Positions 59,127-64,000 of a stretch of DNA of 64,000 bases are shown piece after piece. The notes beneath the pieces are model-generated. The model was not told the origin of the DNA, searched no databases, and was given only the letters and a program-made list of their open reading frames with translations. Each line of letters starts with the position of its first letter. Positions within the stretch are counted from its first letter, which is position 1. The position numbers and the translations under genes were made by a program. The stretch comes from Promethearchaeia archaeon (GTDB lineage: Archaea > Asgardarchaeota > Lokiarchaeia > Sigyniarchaeales > SOKP01): the NCBI GenBank assembly GCA_029856125.1, contig JAHQWJ010000136.1, positions 21,514 through 85,513 of the forward strand, read 5' to 3'.

Positions 59127-60917
59127 TTATTCTCCATATTTTTCTTTCCAGATAGGATCGTTGATTTGAAGCTCTCTTCGTTGTATTTTCCCAATAATAT
59201 TTTTTGGTAACTCTCCAATTATTGCTATGTGGTGAGGAACTTTATAATGAGCCATATTTTCTAAAGCCCATTCTTTAATTGATCGTGGAGATAAATCAGA
59301 ATCATCCCTTATCGAAACCCATGCTTTTATAATTTCTCCGTATTCATCGTTTGGCAAACCCGAAACCGCCACTTCTAAGATATCGGGGTGTTTCATTAGA
59401 AGTTCTTCTACTTCTATTGGAAAAACCGAAAATCCCTTAAACTTTATGATTTGTTTTTTACGATCTCTTATTTCAATTGTCCCATCCTCGTTCATAAAGC
59501 CGATATCTCCTGTTAAAAGCCAAATTTTCCCTTCATATTGAAGTAAGGTATTAGCAGTCTCTTCAGGATGATCTAAATAACATTTCATTATTTGAGGACC
59601 GTAAACACATATTTCTCCCGTATTTTCAACTCCAAAATTAGAATCACCGGGATTTCCCAAACAAATCGGTCCTTTCGAGAAATCTTCCGCATGGAAAATA
59701 CCCCATTCAGTTCCCGGAAAAGGCATACCTATTACTCCTACCGGGCTTTCACCAAATAAATTACCTGCACTTACTGCGGGACTTGCTTCACTTAATCCAT
59801 ATCCTTCTACAATTCGTCCTCCCGTGTTTTTAACGAAGGCGACCCGTACTTGTTTATGTAAAGGGCCCGCACTAGAAATGCACAATTTTAATTTTCCCAT
59901 TACTCCTGGATATCTTCTATTCAAATGTTTTAATTCAGCAAGCTTTATAAACAGAATTTCTGCTCCCGCGTATATCAAACCTTCTGAACATGGTAGCTTC
60001 TCTATTAGTTCACATAGCTCGTCTTGAGATGGTGGTGATGGGAAAAGCATCATCCACCCTCCTACTACAATAGAAGTGTTCATGATAATAGTGTGAGCGA
60101 AACTATGGAATAATGGGAGAATGCCTATATTTCCTATACCTGGCATCTCCCCTCCTAACCACAGCTTGCATTGTTCTGCATTCGATACGACATTGAAATG
60201 GGTTAATACTGCAGCTTTCGGTAAACCTGTAGATCCTCCCGTCATAATATATGTAGCAGCATCATTTTTTACGTCAATACTTTCATTTATATCGGCATCT
60301 CTTGGTTCAGTTTTCATCAGATCTTTGAATTTAATCGCCCCTTCGCAATTACATTTTCCGGTTGGAATTTTTTTTAAGAACTTTCCAAGAAGTTTCTTAG
60401 TTCCAAACATCTGAACTAAATCAACGAGGTTAGTGTAAACTACAATTTCAATATCGGTATTTCCAATTATGGGACTGATGTAAGGTTCATATAATGCGTC
60501 TAACACGATTAACATTTTAGGTTTTACAATATCTATTTGATGTAGTATTTCCATAGGCTGATATGTTGGATTCACACCACTAGCAATTGCTCCGATCCGC
60601 GTAATAGCATAATAAGACACGATATATTGAATGCAATTTGGTAGATGGATCGCAACAACATCCCCCTTTTTGATTCCCAAATCAACTAAGGCTGTAGCAA
60701 ACCTTTTTACGTAATTTTGAAATTGCTTATAAGTTACCCAAGTATCGAGAAACCAGATTAGATTGTGATCTGGATACTTCTCAACTTGGGCATCTAACAT
60801 CTCATTTAAAGATTTTTCTTCAAACTCTACATTGTATGGCACATTTTTTGGCCACCACGTTTGAAACCAGCGCTTATTCTCGTCAATTTGGTATGATTTA
60901 TTTGTGCTAGTACACAT
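59127..60917 (-). CDS. Long-chain fatty-acid--CoA ligase (AMP-forming), paralog 2
   Basis: MTGGSTGLPK, EGYGLSE, TGDIG, RDRKK. Confidence 0.93.
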   Translation of the reverse strand: MCTSTNKSYQIDENKRWFQTWWPKNVPYNVEFEEKSLNEMLDAQVEKYPDHNLIWFLDTWVTYKQFQNYVKRFATALVDLGIKKGDVVAIHLPNCIQYIVSYYAITRIGAIASGVNPTYQPMEILHQIDIVKPKMLIVLDALYEPYISPIIGNTDIEIVVYTNLVDLVQMFGTKKLLGKFLKKIPTGKCNCEGAIKFKDLMKTEPRDADINESIDVKNDAATYIMTGGSTGLPKAAVLTHFNVVSNAEQCKLWLGGEMPGIGNIGILPLFHSFAHTIIMNTSIVVGGWMMLFPSPPSQDELCELIEKLPCSEGLIYAGAEILFIKLAELKHLNRRYPGVMGKLKLCISSAGPLHKQVRVAFVKNTGGRIVEGYGLSEASPAVSAGNLFGESPVGVIGMPFPGTEWGIFHAEDFSKGPICLGNPGDSNFGVENTGEICVYGPQIMKCYLDHPEETANTLLQYEGKIWLLTGDIGFMNEDGTIEIRDRKKQIIKFKGFSVFPIEVEELLMKHPDILEVAVSGLPNDEYGEIIKAWVSIRDDSDLSPRSIKEWALENMAHYKVPHHIAIIGELPKNIIGKIQRRELQINDPIWKEKYGE

Positions 60918-61064
60918 ATCGTATCTTACCCTTTTTTTTTCTAATAATAATTTGATAAGATCAGTTTGATAACTCTGAATTTAAAACTATCCTTCACGAT
61001 ATTAAAGCCAGAAAAATAAAAAGATAAAAATAAAAAAAAGAGTGTTATTTAATTTGATTGAGAC

Positions 61065-63215
61065 CTAAAATCTCGAATCTTTACGCCTTTTAATTAAAAT
61101 GGTAGCAACACCAAGCAAACCTACACCAGCAACCAAGAGAATTAACGCCCAGAATCCTGTGGCTTCGAATACCATGAACACGCTGAATACAGGATCGTGC
61201 CAAATTCCATTTCCATCTTCGAATTCTGGGAAACAGACAGCGTAGACCATCACGCTGAAAGTTACATTTAAGCCAATATCAGCAGCAAAAGTATCTACTT
61301 CACCTGGGGTCCCTTCATATGTTTGATGTGCGTCTTTTTCAGCTTCGAACAAAGCAACTGGAAGTGTACTCGTAGATGCTGGTGCGTAATTATCTCCCTC
61401 ATTTAGTCCATACGAATAATCAGGTCCCGCAATGTCTACAAAATCGAGTTTATCTCTTATGTTACGAGGTAAGTAATTACCAATCTTAAGTGAGCGAGTA
61501 GTCTCGTCGTAATCGTCTGCGGGATCTAATCTTGCGCTTGGGTCGTCTCCAATTGTTGCGATTTTAAGGTGGAAGTGTAACACCGTTGATACGTAAATTA
61601 TAGCGAGATCTAATCCAGCAATAGGACTAGTTGCACCCAGAAGACCATTCCAAGGAGCAAAAAACTGATCTAACTTAACAGCACCGTGCAAAACAGGCAC
61701 AGTACCACCGTCAGTTGTTGCTAAACTTATCTCTTTTGGTTCGAAAGTAAATCCAAAGTGAACATAGGCAAGTGATTCTTCAGTAGCTCCTAAGTAAGAG
61801 TCTAAATCAACTCCTACTGGGACTGGGGTCAAGGTAGCTTGGTCTAAAGTTAATCCCCAAGAAACTTTACCGCCATCTCGAGCAGGTAAGCCATAGTCGA
61901 AATCATCTACATTACCCAAGATTAATCGATGGGTAAGTTCTGATCCACGGGGAACTTCAATTGGTCTGCCATCTACCAAAACTGGCGTGTCAGTTCCAGA
62001 TTCGTTAACTTGTACGTAATTAGCTGAAAGTTTACCATCTGGGGGTGTAATTCCACCATCAGGACTGGTATCATTGTATAAGAAAGCTCCGGTTAAGTGA
62101 TGAGTGAATAAGAAAAATTCTATATCCAATCCTTGAAAAATTGAGGCAATATTAACAGGCGCTCCCCCCGTACCACCGAGTAGACTTAAAATTTCACCAA
62201 CATCTATATGAATTTCAAAATTCTTTATCCATAGTTGGAATAGATCAAAAGTAAAGGAAGTGAACGCTTTCTCGAGAAGAGAAACATCGTCAGTTTCCGT
62301 TAATAACCATTCCATATAACTGTCTTTCTTTACTTTAGCAGATTCATTCCATTGAGCAAGTACAGCTGGTCCACCCGGTATATTTTCAATCAATTCATCG
62401 CCGAGTCCAATAAGCCAATCACTTCCAGTAACTTTCCAGGTCTTTGTTATGGAATAACCTAGGCTCGTACTAATTTCTAATTTTTGCCATGTAATTGGAT
62501 TTAATACAAATAATTCTTCACCAGTAAAAATGTCGTTAATATGTATCAAGAACCAAGTAATAAGTTCGACCCCTTTTTGAATAAGCTCTTCTGGAATACC
62601 ACCAATACTCGATGTGACAGGAGTTTCGGTGCTTGAAGTTGAAGGACTCATCATGTAAGGTTCAAGTTCAGTAAAGAAATTGATGATTCGTTTCACTGCA
62701 TTTACAAAAGACCCATCTTTATCCCAAATAATTAAAGTGACTCCGGCCCCTACGGTTAAATTGAAATCGTACATTCCTTGCGTTTCAACTTCACAGTAAG
62801 CATAACCATACGTACTATGATTTTCTAAGCCTTCATAATATTCGTATGGGACCATATAATAATCTGTCCTTGGGAACATATTAAAATCTTTAGTGTCATT
62901 AAAAGTTCTTTCTTGAGTTGCGCTTATGGCATAAACTCCGGGTAATATCTCTTTACCGCTAAAGTTAGTTAAAGTTTGCATAAACAACATTTCAAAAACG
63001 GTTGCTAAAACATTGCCCCCGGCACCTAACCCCCTAAACATCATTCCAAATATGCTTCCAAAACCCCCGATAAGAGCGGTTGGGTCTGTTACTCCAATTT
63101 GGTCGTAAGTATAATCGTTGTCGTAATCGTAGCCAGCTACCATCATAGGTGTGGCCGTAAAAGAAGCTACTACTAATGCTATAACCATTAAGCCTTTAGT
63201 GCTTACTTTTTTCAT
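61065..63215 (-). CDS. Large secreted, C-terminally membrane-anchored surface protein
   Basis: Signal peptide MKKVSTKGLMVIALVVASF, acidic/Thr-rich body with several N-x-S/T sequons, C-terminal TM helix and basic tail KRRK. Confidence 0.75.
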   Translation of the reverse strand: MKKVSTKGLMVIALVVASFTATPMMVAGYDYDNDYTYDQIGVTDPTALIGGFGSIFGMMFRGLGAGGNVLATVFEMLFMQTLTNFSGKEILPGVYAISATQERTFNDTKDFNMFPRTDYYMVPYEYYEGLENHSTYGYAYCEVETQGMYDFNLTVGAGVTLIIWDKDGSFVNAVKRIINFFTELEPYMMSPSTSSTETPVTSSIGGIPEELIQKGVELITWFLIHINDIFTGEELFVLNPITWQKLEISTSLGYSITKTWKVTGSDWLIGLGDELIENIPGGPAVLAQWNESAKVKKDSYMEWLLTETDDVSLLEKAFTSFTFDLFQLWIKNFEIHIDVGEILSLLGGTGGAPVNIASIFQGLDIEFFLFTHHLTGAFLYNDTSPDGGITPPDGKLSANYVQVNESGTDTPVLVDGRPIEVPRGSELTHRLILGNVDDFDYGLPARDGGKVSWGLTLDQATLTPVPVGVDLDSYLGATEESLAYVHFGFTFEPKEISLATTDGGTVPVLHGAVKLDQFFAPWNGLLGATSPIAGLDLAIIYVSTVLHFHLKIATIGDDPSARLDPADDYDETTRSLKIGNYLPRNIRDKLDFVDIAGPDYSYGLNEGDNYAPASTSTLPVALFEAEKDAHQTYEGTPGEVDTFAADIGLNVTFSVMVYAVCFPEFEDGNGIWHDPVFSVFMVFEATGFWALILLVAGVGLLGVATILIKRRKDSRF

Positions 63216-63527
63216 TATTTATAATCACATTTTTTTTTTTTAAATTTTGGTACTTAGAATAAGAATATACTTTTTGTTTTTAATTGTTTATATTCTAATT
63301 CAATAGAAAATTTAAAATTAAGAATTTGAGTATTACTAGCTATTCTTTTTACGGCATCATAGAATATTTCGGTTAAATTAATTCTTAATTTTTATATTTT
63401 CTTTAATTAAATACATGGTTAATTTAAGCAGATACTCAAATTTATTGTCCTTAATAATTTCTCTACAATCAATAATTAAACGGAGTAAAAAGCAAGATAA
63501 ATTGAAAGTAGATGTTATTTTTAAAAT

Positions 63528-64000
63528 TTAATCTTCTAATGTAATGAATGTGTAAAATAACACGAATATGTATAATATCGCTGAAATCACTAAACTCCAT
63601 ACCCTCAAAAATTCTGAGATTTCGTCACTTGTTAAAATCACATTTGAACCAATAAACACCGCTGCGATTAAATAACCTAAAAAGTAGCTTTTAAAGCTTC
63701 CGTATTTTGACCTACCCCTTATAAGATTAATGAGGTAAGTAAAGATTACGATTACTAAACCCGCAGTGTAGATCAATTCAACAATGGGATAGTTATTTAG
63801 ATCCAAAAACAAAAAAAATCCGAAAAGAAATACCACTAAAACCTTCACATTTGCAAAACTCTTTTTTTGAGTGGTATCTGTAAACAATTGCTCGTATTCG
63901 CTAATACCTGAATTGGAAAACAAAATAATAAGGGAGCCGATTGATAAGGCTGTGAATAAGGAATAAGATATTTTAAATAGATAATCAATAAGGTAGAGCC
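63528..64000 (-). CDS. Polytopic membrane protein, C-terminal part (starts beyond the window)
   Basis: Frame stays open upstream of 63923 to the window edge (LYLIDYLFKISYSLFTALSIGSLIIL...); several TM segments. Confidence 0.65.
   Translation of the reverse strand, partial: LYLIDYLFKISYSLFTALSIGSLIILFSNSGISEYEQLFTDTTQKKSFANVKVLVVFLFGFFLFLDLNNYPIVELIYTAGLVIVIFTYLINLIRGRSKYGSFKSYFLGYLIAAVFIGSNVILTSDEISEFLRVWSLVISAILYIFVLFYTFITLED

Noticed and set aside
2490-60414. Numerous 60-140 aa ORFs overlapping confident genes (e.g. 3657-3998, 10403-10702, 31209-31634, 57190-57558)
   Set aside because: Antisense or alternate-frame shadows of well-supported genes

Overview
AT-rich, gene-dense archaeal chromosomal segment with a strong Asgard (Lokiarchaeia-like) signature: ribosomal protein eL22, four Rab/Ras-like small GTPases, longin-like and V4R proteins, PSTK (selenocysteine pathway), form III RuBisCO with ribose-1,5-bisphosphate isomerase, tetraether lipid synthase (Tes/GDGT-MAS), CDC48, tandem TBPs, a reductive dehalogenase and tandem acyl-CoA ligases. 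The taxonomic call is inferred from gene content. No rRNA, tRNA, CRISPR array or transposase was seen. The top candidate for an undescribed system is a 493-aa protein (20743-22224) built of 13 gap-free 35-residue repeats whose period and motif resemble animal nebulin actin-binding modules; this is a hypothesis, not a demonstrated homology. Other notable items: a ~220-aa Met-rich insertion in an ABC exporter NBD, a candidate pseudoknotted ncRNA or leader at ~24330-24490, two V4R + small-GTPase modules, a tandem hairpin repeat at ~42685-42881, and probable ATT/ATA start codons.
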